Below are positions 10,623 through 19,952 of a stretch of 55,441 nt of DNA, one piece after another. A program made the position numbers and the translations under genes. The DNA comes from Parcubacteria group bacterium Gr01-1014_2 (lineage in GTDB: Bacteria > Patescibacteriota > Minisyncoccia > 2-02-FULL-40-12): NCBI GenBank assembly GCA_007376425.1, contig VMGG01000004.1, forward strand, positions 1-55,441. The letters run 5' to 3'. Position 1 is the stretch's first letter. Each line of letters starts with the position of its first letter. The notes beneath the pieces are model-generated. The model had not been told where the DNA came from. It saw only the letters and a list, made by a program, of their open reading frames with translations, and did not search any database.

Positions 10623-10873
10623 AGCGAAAAGCTCGAAGGTGTATGCCTCTGAATTTTTAAATAGGGCCCGTTGGGCAATGCCTTCTCAGGAACATCCGGA
10701 GCCGAGCCGTTATAAGGAGAGGTTTTTTGTAGCGAGGCGATGGATGAGCGAGCGGTTTATTCTGATAAACAGAAAATGATAGAATTATTAAAACTGTATG
10801 AGGCCGAGCGTTTCCTGAAAGGCGTTGCCCAATAAAGGGCCCGAAGACCTACACCCGAGGATAGCTTTTCGCT
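10623..10873 (-). repeat. Palindromic element family A, copy 2, with extra nested arms
   Basis: agcgaaaagct/agcttttcgct ends; inner gggcccgttgggcaatgcc/ggcgttgcccaataaagggccc arms; same core as copy 1. Confidence 0.88.
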
Positions 10874-10961
10874 ATTAAATCTTAGAAGCCTGAAATTGGG
10901 ATTAATTTATTTCTTATAGATTTAAAACCGTGCTATAATACTTGGTAGTTAAAAAGTTCAA

Positions 10962-12275
10962 ATGAATATAAAAAAATCAGTATTTTTATTTTTGATTTTT
11001 TCTATTTTTTCATTTTTGACTTTCAATTTTTCCGGAGCTGATGTTCAGCAGGAAATTTCTGAAAGGGAGGAGCAGATTCAAGAATTGGAAAAACAGAAAG
11101 AAGAATTTCAAAAGCAGATTACTGAAAGACAAGGCCAGGCGAGAACCATGGAAGGGGAAATTTTTATTTTAGATACCCAAATTAAAAAGCTGCAGCTTGA
11201 AATAAGAACCCTTGATTTGGCGATTCAGCAGACTGGTTTGGAAATTGACGAAACAATTAAAAGCATTGAGGCGGCGCTTACTAAAATTGAAAAAATAAAA
11301 CAGAGCTTGGGCCAGTTTATCAGGCTACTTGATCAAAGCGATCGGGAAACACTGGTTGAGATTTTGTTTAAGAATCGCGACCTTTCGGATTTCTTCGGTA
11401 ATCTTGAAAGCATCCGCACTTCTCAAGAAAAAGCCCAGGTGACGATTAAAGACTTGAAGCAGTTAAAAATTGAACTTGAAGCAGAGCAGGAAAAACTGGA
11501 GATAAGAAAAACAGAGCAAGTTGGTTTGAGAAGTGTTCAGCAAATTCAGAAGCTTGAGGTTGATTCAAAGAAAAAGGAGAAAAATGATATTCTCAAAGTA
11601 ACTAAAGGCGAAGAGAAAAAATTCCAGGATTTGGTAAAAAAGACTGATCAAGACATAGAAAGAATAAGGGGCCAGGTGCGATTCTTGCTGGAACAGGGGA
11701 TTACTCTTGAAGAAGCTTTAAAATACGGCCAGCTGGCGGCTCAAAGAGTGGGCATTAGGCCGGCCTTTTTATTGGCGATTTTAGATGTTGAGTCAGGACT
11801 TGGAAGGAATGTTGGAACCGGGAATTGGTTGGACGATATGTATAATTGTTATCGGCGGCTTGGCAAGCTGACTAGAGCTGAAACAGAAAAAAACGCTTTT
11901 TTTGCGATAATCGGGAAGCTTGGCTTGGACGCTAATTCAGTCAGAGTTTCAAGAGCGCCAAGCTATGGCTGTGGTGGAGCGCTTGGCCCGGCTCAATTCA
12001 TTCCTTCAACCTGGCTTTTATATGAGACTCAAGTCGCCGCCTTGACTGGCCACGGCCTGCCTAATCCGTGGAGTATTGAAGATGCTTTTATGGCGGCGGC
12101 AATATACCTGGCTAATGCCGGTGCTTCCAATAAAACTCAAACCGCAGAAATCAGGGCAGCCAATGCTTATTTGAGCGGGAAAGCAAATTGCCGTCAGAGT
12201 ATTTGCCGCTATTATTCAAATTTGGTCTTACAAAAAGCGGCGGAAATAGAAAAAGATCTGCCTCGCACCTTTTAA
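10962..12275 (+). CDS. Secreted coiled-coil protein with C-terminal lytic transglycosylase domain
   Basis: Signal peptide, long coiled coil, then VESGLG and GALGPAQFIPSTW motifs. Confidence 0.85.
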   Translation: MNIKKSVFLFLIFSIFSFLTFNFSGADVQQEISEREEQIQELEKQKEEFQKQITERQGQARTMEGEIFILDTQIKKLQLEIRTLDLAIQQTGLEIDETIKSIEAALTKIEKIKQSLGQFIRLLDQSDRETLVEILFKNRDLSDFFGNLESIRTSQEKAQVTIKDLKQLKIELEAEQEKLEIRKTEQVGLRSVQQIQKLEVDSKKKEKNDILKVTKGEEKKFQDLVKKTDQDIERIRGQVRFLLEQGITLEEALKYGQLAAQRVGIRPAFLLAILDVESGLGRNVGTGNWLDDMYNCYRRLGKLTRAETEKNAFFAIIGKLGLDANSVRVSRAPSYGCGGALGPAQFIPSTWLLYETQVAALTGHGLPNPWSIEDAFMAAAIYLANAGASNKTQTAEIRAANAYLSGKANCRQSICRYYSNLVLQKAAEIEKDLPRTF

Positions 12276-12289
12276 ACGCCAACATAAAT

Positions 12290-12901
12290 TCAGTGAACTA
12301 ATTTTTTTTCTTTGGGCTCATCGTATTCCCGTAATTTCTCGGCTGGCGAGAGGCCAGCCAGTATTTTATGAGGGAAGCAGTTCCATGCCTCGGTGACTAA
12401 ATCAAGAATATTTTGGAGCTCTGATGCGTCTCCGCCGCGGTCAAACATCGCCACTATCTTCATCATATCATCAGACTCATTCTCGTAATAAATCGCATCT
12501 TTAACATCTTTCAAACTGAAATCGCTCTCGGTTTCTTTAAGCAGGCTTTCGATTTCGCTTTCAATTTCTTTTCTTTCCATTAAAATATCAGCTGGTATCG
12601 GACGAGACTGTTCTAAAATTTTCTGATAAACAGAAGAATCGGTGAATCTACTCCATAAGAATTGAAGACTTTTACTTATTGATGGCTTCATTTCATCAAT
12701 ATATTCAACATCATCCTCGCCGTTGTCATACTGCTGGAGTAGTTTTTCAATTTCAGCAACAAAATCAAGATATTGCTCTTTTGCGATTATTTGCTCTTCT
12801 TTTTGTTCTTTGGTTAGCGGTTTTCCTTCCGGGAAAATAAAGGGTATTAAGCCCTTTGATTCTACTTCGCTTGGACGCTGTGTACAATCAGAATTGTCCA
12901 C
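12290..12901 (-). CDS. Hypothetical protein (start uncertain, possibly 5'-truncated)
   Basis: 203-aa acidic ORF; 5' end abuts a degenerate family A fragment at about 12904-12940. Confidence 0.6.
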   Translation of the reverse strand: MDNSDCTQRPSEVESKGLIPFIFPEGKPLTKEQKEEQIIAKEQYLDFVAEIEKLLQQYDNGEDDVEYIDEMKPSISKSLQFLWSRFTDSSVYQKILEQSRPIPADILMERKEIESEIESLLKETESDFSLKDVKDAIYYENESDDMMKIVAMFDRGGDASELQNILDLVTEAWNCFPHKILAGLSPAEKLREYDEPKEKKLVH

Positions 12902-13067
12902 GCGCTCCTCGTTCGTCGAAATAAACGGCTCGGCTCGGGCGCTAAGAGAACAGTAAAGCCAGTCGCTTGTTTTCCGCGCCGCCTCGCGGACGCGCCCGTC
13001 AGAAGGAACATAGTTCTTTCAAAAGAGAGACAGTTGACACCCATGACGGGTCACTCAGACTGTCTCT

Positions 13068-13116
13068 CTTCCTACCAAAGTTTTTATTCAAGAGAATGAG
13101 GATTTTGGCAGGGAGA
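13068..13116 (+). repeat. 49-bp hairpin-forming direct repeat, left copy
   Basis: 45/49 identical to 13691-13739. Confidence 0.9.
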
Positions 13117-13151
13117 GATCCCTTGGTTCAGAAGAGGAGAGTTCGTTAAAT

Positions 13152-13379
13152 TTATTGAGACGGAGTTAGCTTTACTGTAATTGGCAGTTCAATCGGTTGC
13201 TGTTTTAACAGCCGCTTGGCGGCGTTAAGGACAGTGAAACCCTTAATTCGTTTGGTCTTCGGGTCAAGTCTGATGACAATATCGTTATCAGCCTCCCGAG
13301 AAATTGAATTAGCCGAAGGTTTGCCTTCGGAAAAATAAAGCACATCAGCTTTTTTGTCGTAAAAGTAATAAAGTTTCAT
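13152..13379 (-). CDS. DUF2283-like small protein, putative antitoxin
   Basis: YDKKADVLY...IVIRLD...IKGFTV pattern. Confidence 0.75.
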   Translation of the reverse strand: MKLYYFYDKKADVLYFSEGKPSANSISREADNDIVIRLDPKTKRIKGFTVLNAAKRLLKQQPIELPITVKLTPSQ

Positions 13380-13381
13380 GG

Positions 13382-13645
13382 TTATTTGGAGGTTAGATAA
13401 GCAGTCAAAATAAAGTTTCTGGTGCCTGTCTTAACTACGATAGCTAAGTTTCTTTGTTTATCAACCAAACCGTATAAAATGAATACATTTTTATCTGATT
13501 TGGAAGAACGAATCAATTTGGGCGCAGAAAGGATTTTAGGAAAACGCTTTTTAAACCTTTTGATTTCTGGATGGAACTTGATGATATGAGAAAATCGTTC
13601 GTCAGTCAGTTCTACCGTGCCAAAAGGAGAATCAAACCGATTCAT
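13382..13645 (-). CDS. Putative RelE-like/DUF4258-type nuclease toxin
   Basis: VELTDERFSHIIKFHPE and FILTAY motifs; directly upstream of the DUF2283-like gene. Confidence 0.65.
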   Translation of the reverse strand: MNRFDSPFGTVELTDERFSHIIKFHPEIKRFKKRFPKILSAPKLIRSSKSDKNVFILYGLVDKQRNLAIVVKTGTRNFILTAYLTSK

Positions 13646-13653
13646 TTGATTTC

Positions 13654-13682
13654 AGTGTAGGATACGTAAATTTTGTTGTCAA
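13654..13682 (-). promoter_or_regulatory. Sigma70 promoter of the TA pair (near-leaderless transcript)
   Basis: TTGACA-17-TACACT, 8 nt before the ATG. Confidence 0.65.
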
Positions 13683-13690
13683 CCGTGTTT

Positions 13691-13739
13691 CTTCCTACCA
13701 AAGTTTTTATTCAAAGCAATGAAGATTTTGGCAGGGAGA
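13691..13739 (+). repeat. 49-bp hairpin-forming direct repeat, right copy
   Basis: 45/49 identical to 13068-13116. Confidence 0.9.
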
Positions 13740-13747
13740 AATATCAG

Positions 13748-13825
13748 AAGTCGCCATTAAGCTGTGGAGCTGGAGAAGAAAATTCTCTCTCCTCGCCAGC
13801 CCCATAGCTTAATGGCGATTTTTTG
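13748..13825 (+). terminator. Long hairpin with T-tract
   Basis: tcgccattaagct...agcttaatggcga followed by tttttt. Confidence 0.55.
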
Positions 13826-13872
13826 TTTCTAAAGTTGCTGGTTTTAAAAATTTATTACATAATATAAAAGTT

Positions 13873-15105
13873 ATGTTGAAGAAAGTCAGCAGGAAAAAAA
13901 CTGTATATGTAGCAATGAGCGGCGGTGTTGATTCTTCGGTTGCCGCGGCTTTATTGAAAAAAGCCTATTTAGATTCGGATGGGCGTATTTGGATTGCCGA
14001 AGGACGAAGTCCGAAGGCGCGCTATTCGTGTGCTGTTGTGGGAGTTTTTATGAAACCATACCAGCCAAGGGCTGGAATTTTCAATTTTCAATTTTCAATT
14101 TTCAATAAAGATAATTGTTTATGGAAGCAGGACAGGGAAGATGCATTGCGAGTGGCGGCGAAACTGGATATTCCGCTTTTGACCTGGGACCTGTCCAAGG
14201 AATATGAGAAACGGGTGGTGAGGTATATGATCGACGGCTATAAAAAGGGGATTACGCCAAATCCAGATGTGATGTGCAATAAGTTCATTAAGTTTGGGTT
14301 ATTTTTGGAAAAAGCGTTGGAGATGGGCGCGGATTATATCGCGACCGGACACTATGTAAGGAAACAAACGACTTACAACAAACAACAAACAACTGGAGGG
14401 GAAAAAACTAAAAAGTCGTCAGTCGTAAGTTATAAGTTGTTAGTTGGCATTGATGAAAACAAAGACCAGTCATATTTTTTATACACTTTGACGCAGGAAC
14501 AATTGAGTCGTTGTCTCTTCCCGGTAGGGGACTGGAACAAAAAAGAAGTCAGAAAAATGGCTAAGAAATTCGGTTTGCCTAATTGGGATAAAAAAGACAG
14601 CCAAGGCGTTTGTTTTGTGGGGCCTTTGGAGGTTAAAGAGTTTTTAAAAAGAAATATCAAATCAAAAAGGGGATTGGTTTTAAGGAAAAGCGACCGTAAA
14701 ATTTTGGGGGAGCATGATGGGGTGTGGTATTATACCATCGGCCAGAGGCACGGTTTTGGCTTAAATGGCGGCCGGCCTTATTACGTAGTAGATAAAGATA
14801 CTAAAAAGAATATTCTTTATGTAGATGATTTAAAAAATCCCAAATCCCAAGCACCAAATCCCAAACAAATTCTAAATCCCAAAATCCAAATAAGAGAACT
14901 CAATTGGATAAGAAAACAGAGAGTACCACTAAATTGTAAAGTGAAGACTAGATACAGGCAAAAAGATATTGATTGCACCATTATAAAGAATGGTTCGGAT
15001 AAGGCTTTGGTGGAAATAAAAGAAAATAATCTGGCTATTGCGCCGGGCCAATCAGCCGTGTTCTACAAAGGGAACGAAGTTTTAGGCGGTGGGATTATAG
15101 TATAA
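13873..15105 (+). CDS. mnmA: tRNA 2-thiouridylase MnmA with repeat-derived insertions
   Basis: AMSGGVDS, TPNPDVMCN, ATGHY, KDQSYFL, DSQGVCF and PGQSAVFY motifs. Confidence 0.97.
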   Translation: MLKKVSRKKTVYVAMSGGVDSSVAAALLKKAYLDSDGRIWIAEGRSPKARYSCAVVGVFMKPYQPRAGIFNFQFSIFNKDNCLWKQDREDALRVAAKLDIPLLTWDLSKEYEKRVVRYMIDGYKKGITPNPDVMCNKFIKFGLFLEKALEMGADYIATGHYVRKQTTYNKQQTTGGEKTKKSSVVSYKLLVGIDENKDQSYFLYTLTQEQLSRCLFPVGDWNKKEVRKMAKKFGLPNWDKKDSQGVCFVGPLEVKEFLKRNIKSKRGLVLRKSDRKILGEHDGVWYYTIGQRHGFGLNGGRPYYVVDKDTKKNILYVDDLKNPKSQAPNPKQILNPKIQIRELNWIRKQRVPLNCKVKTRYRQKDIDCTIIKNGSDKALVEIKENNLAIAPGQSAVFYKGNEVLGGGIIV

Positions 15106-15194
15106 GTTTACCCCCATACTCATGTATGAGTGTGGGGGTAGAAAAGTAAAAGTTGAATTAAAATCCATATGGATTTTAATTCAACAATTGATTT

Positions 15195-16463
15195 TTGGGT
15201 CATCAAGAAATCAGAAAAAAGTTTTTGGATTTTTTTGAGAAGAGAGGACATAAAGTTGTTCCTTCGTCTTCGCTTATTCCCGATGATCCGTCGGTTCTTT
15301 TCACCACGGCCGGAGTCCAGCAATTCAAACCTTATTATACCGGGCAAAAAGATTCAGAAAAAGATTTTGGTACTCGCAGAATAATATCAATACAAAAATC
15401 ATTGAGAACTACCGATATTGATGAAGTGGGCGATGAAAGCCATACAACATTTTTTGAAATGCTGGGCTATTTTTCGTTTGGCGATTATTTTAAAAAAGAA
15501 ACTATAGAATGGACTTACAATTTTTTGGTGAATAAATTAGGTTTTTTTAAAGAAAGATTAAGGCCAACTGTTTTTGGAGGTGATGGAGCAATTTCTTTTG
15601 ATAAAGAATCTTTTGAAACTTGGAAGTCATTGGGTTTTCAAGATCAAGAGATTGGCTTGGGCAACAGAAAAGATAATTTTTGGGGGCCGATTGGAAATGA
15701 TGGTCCATGCGGACCGGCAAATGAAATTTATGTAGATGATATAGAAATCGGTACCCTGGTTTTTAATGAATACTATTGCGATAAAGAAAAACATTTTTTG
15801 CCGTTGACCCAAAAAGGTGTAGATGTCGGTTTGGGATTTGAAAGAATGGCCATGTTTTTACAGAACGTTAAATCAGTCTATGAAACCGATCTTTTTATGC
15901 CTATAATTACCGAATTGAGAGGTAAGAATTTATATGATTACGAAACCAATGAGAGATCTGAAAGAATAATTGCCGATCATTTGAAGGCAAGTGCTTTTGT
16001 TATTTCTGACGGAGTGATGCCGTCCAATGTAGAAAGGGGTTATGTTTTAAGACGATTAATTAGAAAAGTCATGAGGCATTCAAAGAAGTTGAATTTATCT
16101 GATGATTTTATAGAACGTTCATTGAAAACTATCATAAACATTTATAAAGAGTATTATCCGGATTTAAAAGAGAACGGGTGGGAAATATTAGATATATTCA
16201 ATCAAGAATTTAAGAAATTTGGAAAAGCGCTGGAAAAAGGAATAAAAGAATTTGAAAAAGGCATTATTCAATTTAAAAACAATGGAATAATTCCTGGGTC
16301 CTACGCTTTTAATATACAGCAAAGTCTTGGAGTTACTTTGGATATTATACAGGATATTGCCAAAGAAAAAGGTATGGAAATAGATTTTAAAGCCTTTAAA
16401 GAAGCAGAAAAAAAACACAAAGAAATTTCAAGGATTAGTCAAGAGAAGAAATTTAGAAAATAG
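15195..16463 (+). CDS. alaS: Alanyl-tRNA synthetase, aminoacylation domain only
   Basis: DPSVLFTTAG, TFFEMLG, GPCGP, IIADH and RGYVLRRLIR motifs; ends at 422 aa. Confidence 0.9.
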   Translation: MGHQEIRKKFLDFFEKRGHKVVPSSSLIPDDPSVLFTTAGVQQFKPYYTGQKDSEKDFGTRRIISIQKSLRTTDIDEVGDESHTTFFEMLGYFSFGDYFKKETIEWTYNFLVNKLGFFKERLRPTVFGGDGAISFDKESFETWKSLGFQDQEIGLGNRKDNFWGPIGNDGPCGPANEIYVDDIEIGTLVFNEYYCDKEKHFLPLTQKGVDVGLGFERMAMFLQNVKSVYETDLFMPIITELRGKNLYDYETNERSERIIADHLKASAFVISDGVMPSNVERGYVLRRLIRKVMRHSKKLNLSDDFIERSLKTIINIYKEYYPDLKENGWEILDIFNQEFKKFGKALEKGIKEFEKGIIQFKNNGIIPGSYAFNIQQSLGVTLDIIQDIAKEKGMEIDFKAFKEAEKKHKEISRISQEKKFRK

Positions 16464-16483
16464 TGTAAGCTTTATCAATCTTT

Positions 16484-17941
16484 ATGAAAATAATCAACAT
16501 GGCTTCAAGCGACAATTTTGAAGATATTTTAGAAGCAGTTAAAGATTCAGAATCAGCCGAAGTGATTTTAGTTATTCCTAAATCAAACAGGGTTTTTAAG
16601 AATAAGAATAAAGTTGAAAAATTAAAAAACCACTTTGAAAAATTAAATAAGGATGTTTCAATTATTTCTTCCGGAGAAGAGACGTTTAAGAAAAGCCATA
16701 GAAAAAACACTGATATCGTTTCTCTCTACTCCGAAAAACCGTCTAAAGAAAAAAATATTTTTAAAGCTCCGCTCATATTCCCTACCATTTTGAAACAGAT
16801 TAACGGGAAAGATATGAAGAATTTTATTTTGATATTTCTTGGGGCCTCACTCTTATTTTTCATCTTGATTGTTTTGACTTCTGTAAGCCAGGCCAGGATA
16901 AGAATATTTCCGCATAAAAATGATTTTTCCATAAATATTCCAGTGACTATTTCTGATAAGATAACCGAGATCGACGAGGTTTATGGAATTATCCCCGGCG
17001 AGTCTATCCAAATTGAAAAAATTGTTTCAAAGACTTTTGTATCAAACGGCGAGAAAGACGTTTTCCAAAAAGCAAGAGGCAAAATAATAATTTATAATAA
17101 CTTTAGTACTTCGTCTCAAGTTCTAATTGCCACAACCAGATTCCAGACTCCGGAAGGGTTAGTTTTCAGGATAACCAAAGCAACTGTCGTGCCTGAAGCT
17201 ATTCAAGAGGGTGAGAAGCTTAAACCGGGGCAGATTGAAGTCGAGGTCGTGGCTGATCGGGCTGGCGAAGAATATAATATTGAGCCGACTGAATTTAAGA
17301 TTCCCGGCTTTTTAGGCACCCTGAAATACCAGGGATTTTACGCGAAATCAGTTGAAAAGTTTTCCGGCGGCTTTATTGGCAAGGCCAGTATTGTAACTAA
17401 AGAAGATATGGAAAAAGCTGAAAACCAAGTCAAAGAAGAAGCAGTAAATGAAATAAGGAAAGAGCTTGCCTTACTCATTAATTTTAAAATTCTTAATGAA
17501 ACATTGGATATAGAGTTAGAAACAGCTGATTCTAATACGGCAGGTGACCTTGGCCAAGAGTTTAGAGTTGGATACAGAGCCAAGCTTAAAACTATTGCTT
17601 TTAGGGAAGACGATGTCGCAAAATTTATTTCTCAGTATGTAGAAAACTCTCAAGACCTGAAAGTTATCCAGAAAGGGCTAAGAATAGATTATGGAGATAT
17701 TAAATTTAACAAGGGAGCAAATGAGCTTTCTTTGAAGTTAGCTTCGGTTGGTCAGACTGCTGAAAGTATAGATAAGGGGAAAATTATTTCCGAAATCGTT
17801 GATAGGAAAAGCGATGAAGCCAAGTCGTATCTGGGTAACCTAAAGGAGGTCGAATCAGCTCAAATATTTTTGTCGCCATTTTGGGTTAGGTCAATTCCCA
17901 AAAATAAAGACAGGGTAGAAATACAAGTGGTGATTGAATGA
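16484..17941 (+). CDS. Single-TM protein with baseplate J-like domain
   Basis: KARGKIIIYN, TTRF, GEEYNI and FSGG pattern seen in CPR proteins. Confidence 0.6.
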   Translation: MKIINMASSDNFEDILEAVKDSESAEVILVIPKSNRVFKNKNKVEKLKNHFEKLNKDVSIISSGEETFKKSHRKNTDIVSLYSEKPSKEKNIFKAPLIFPTILKQINGKDMKNFILIFLGASLLFFILIVLTSVSQARIRIFPHKNDFSINIPVTISDKITEIDEVYGIIPGESIQIEKIVSKTFVSNGEKDVFQKARGKIIIYNNFSTSSQVLIATTRFQTPEGLVFRITKATVVPEAIQEGEKLKPGQIEVEVVADRAGEEYNIEPTEFKIPGFLGTLKYQGFYAKSVEKFSGGFIGKASIVTKEDMEKAENQVKEEAVNEIRKELALLINFKILNETLDIELETADSNTAGDLGQEFRVGYRAKLKTIAFREDDVAKFISQYVENSQDLKVIQKGLRIDYGDIKFNKGANELSLKLASVGQTAESIDKGKIISEIVDRKSDEAKSYLGNLKEVESAQIFLSPFWVRSIPKNKDRVEIQVVIE

Positions 17942-17945
17942 CAAT

Positions 17946-17974
17946 TTGACATTTCTCTTTTATTCCGCTATCTT
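17946..17974 (+). promoter_or_regulatory. Putative promoter of the infA-rpoA operon
   Basis: TTGACA-17-TATCTT. Confidence 0.55.
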
Positions 17975-17996
17975 TAATTAGTTAAAAATCTTTAGA

Positions 17997-18206
17997 TTGA
18001 AAAAGGAAAAAAATACAAAACAAGGCCAGGTAATAGAGAGCCTCCCGAATGCTTATTTCAGGGTCAAAATGGAAGACGGCAAAGTGATTTTAGCCCACAT
18101 TTCAGGAAAGATGCGGCTTTTTTATATCAAGGTAATGCTTGGAGACAGAGTTTTAGTTGAATTAAGCCCTTATGGGGAGCGGGGGAGGATTGTGAAGAGG
18201 CTTTAA
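17997..18206 (+). CDS. infA: Translation initiation factor IF-1
   Basis: [16 protein letters not shown] and [11 protein letters not shown] motifs. Confidence 0.95.
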   Translation: MKKEKNTKQGQVIESLPNAYFRVKMEDGKVILAHISGKMRLFYIKVMLGDRVLVELSPYGERGRIVKRL

Positions 18207-18241
18207 AAAGAAGTTTAAAAGTTTAAAGTTTAAAAATTAGA

Positions 18242-18355
18242 ATGCGGATCCAGACTTCAATAAAAAAAATGTGCCGGAATTGCAAAATTGTCCGGAGAAA
18301 AGGACGCTTGTATTGCATTTGCCGGATTCCGAAACATAAACAGAGACAGAAATGA
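18242..18355 (+). CDS. rpmJ: 50S ribosomal protein L36 (missed by the ORF track)
   Basis: [41 protein letters not shown] zinc motif, expected synteny. Confidence 0.95.
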   Translation: MRIQTSIKKMCRNCKIVRRKGRLYCICRIPKHKQRQK

Positions 18356-18359
18356 CGAC

Positions 18360-18746
18360 ATGCCAAGGCTTAGCGGGGTTAATATCCCTGATAACAAAAA
18401 AATAGATATTGCTTTAACTTATATTTATGGAATAGGCCCGACTTTGGCTAAGCTTGTTTTGAAAACAACCGGCGTGAATTCGGATAGACTGGCTAAAGAT
18501 TTGACCAGCGATGAGATAAATAAAATCCAGGGCGTTATAGATAAAAATTATAGGGTTGAAGGAGAGTTAAGGAGAGAAATTTTAGAGAATGTAAAGAGGC
18601 TGAAAGAAACCGGATCGTGGAAAGGAGGGAGACATATGAGAAAGCTGCCTCTTCATGGCCGAACAAGGACGAATTCAAGGACCCTGCGGGGTAATATTAG
18701 GAAGACAATGGGTTCTGGGAAGCGTCCGCCAGCGACACCAACATAA
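18360..18746 (+). CDS. rpsM: 30S ribosomal protein S13
   Basis: MPRLSGVNIP, LTYIYGIG and RTRTNSRT motifs. Confidence 0.96.
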   Translation: MPRLSGVNIPDNKKIDIALTYIYGIGPTLAKLVLKTTGVNSDRLAKDLTSDEINKIQGVIDKNYRVEGELRREILENVKRLKETGSWKGGRHMRKLPLHGRTRTNSRTLRGNIRKTMGSGKRPPATPT

Positions 18747-18748
18747 TC

Positions 18749-19192
18749 ATGGGTAAAAAGAAGATAGTTACAAAATCTGGAGACGAAACTTCGGCCGTTG
18801 ACAAGGAGGCCAAGGTTAAAGTTTCTAAAAAAGCCTCCAAAAGACAGGTTATTAAAGGCAATATTTACATTCATGTTTCATTTAACAATACGATTGTCAC
18901 TGTTACAGATGAAAAAGGAGGAGTTTTGAGCTGGGCTTCGGCCGGAAATTTAGGATTTAAAGGAACGCGAAAATCAACTCCTTTTGCTGCGACATTGGTC
19001 GGGAAGTCAGCCGCCGAAAAAGCAAGGCGCTTTGGTTTTGCTGAAGCAGATATTTTTGTAAAAGGAGTTGGTCCGGGCCGCGACGCGGCGATAAGGGGCT
19101 TGTTTTCTGCCGGAGTCGATATTAGAAGTATAATTGATAACACGCCGATTCCGCATGGCGGAGTAAAAGCTCCAAAGCCAAGGCGCGTCTAA
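18749..19192 (+). CDS. rpsK: 30S ribosomal protein S11
   Basis: SFNNTIV, RKSTPFAA and TPIPHGG motifs. Confidence 0.97.
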   Translation: MGKKKIVTKSGDETSAVDKEAKVKVSKKASKRQVIKGNIYIHVSFNNTIVTVTDEKGGVLSWASAGNLGFKGTRKSTPFAATLVGKSAAEKARRFGFAEADIFVKGVGPGRDAAIRGLFSAGVDIRSIIDNTPIPHGGVKAPKPRRV

Positions 19193-19201
19193 AGTCTAAA
19201 A

Positions 19202-19840
19202 GTGGCACGATATACTGGTCCAAAAGAAAGAATAGAGAGGCGCTTGGGAGAAAAACTTTTTTTGAAAGGCGAGCGTTCTTATTCTCCAAAAGCGGCAATA
19301 ATTAGAAAGCCATACCCGCCGGGTCTTCACGGGAAAAAAATTAAGAACAGAAAATTTTCAGAATACGGCTTACAGCTTCTTTCAAAACAGAAAGTGAGGA
19401 ATATTTACAAGATTTTAGAAAAGCAGTTTCGTAACTACATTGATGAATCATTAAAGTCAAAAGGAGATAGCGGCGAAACATTGGTTCAAAATCTCGAGCG
19501 TCGGCTTGATAATGTTGTTTTCAGGATGGGTTTTTCTGATGCCCGGGACAAGGCCAGGCAACTGGTCAGTCATAGCCATTTTTTAGTTAATGATCGGCCG
19601 ACTAATATTCCTTCTTTCCGGGTTAGGATAGGCGATATCGTGAAAGTAAAACCGCAAAATTTAAAAAATAATTATTTTTCATCTTTCTTGCCGCAATATA
19701 CGAAAAAATACCAGCCGCCTTCGTGGGTGGAATTCGATAAGGAGACCTTTGTCGGCCGGGTCAAGAATTTGCCGAATTTACCCGAAAGCGGCGTAGAGCA
19801 CAAAGATGTTCAGGCGATAATCGAGTTTTATTCCCGATAA
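19202..19840 (+). CDS. rpsD: 30S ribosomal protein S4
   Basis: ARYTGP, LERRLDNVVFR and IIEFYSR motifs. Confidence 0.97.
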   Translation: MARYTGPKERIERRLGEKLFLKGERSYSPKAAIIRKPYPPGLHGKKIKNRKFSEYGLQLLSKQKVRNIYKILEKQFRNYIDESLKSKGDSGETLVQNLERRLDNVVFRMGFSDARDKARQLVSHSHFLVNDRPTNIPSFRVRIGDIVKVKPQNLKNNYFSSFLPQYTKKYQPPSWVEFDKETFVGRVKNLPNLPESGVEHKDVQAIIEFYSR

Positions 19841-19952
19841 CAATTATTATGATTAGATGTCGAATTAGATTTTTATTCGTATAATTAGTATCAATTAGTA
19901 TTAGTATCGATACCAATATACGAATTATACTAATGATACTAATGTAAGAAAT

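Noticed and set aside
16484..17941. Prophage from the baseplate J-like gene
   Set aside because: Isolated TM-anchored gene among housekeeping genes; no other phage structural genes
18288..18359. Extended rpsM start
   Set aside because: Region is occupied by rpmJ in another frame
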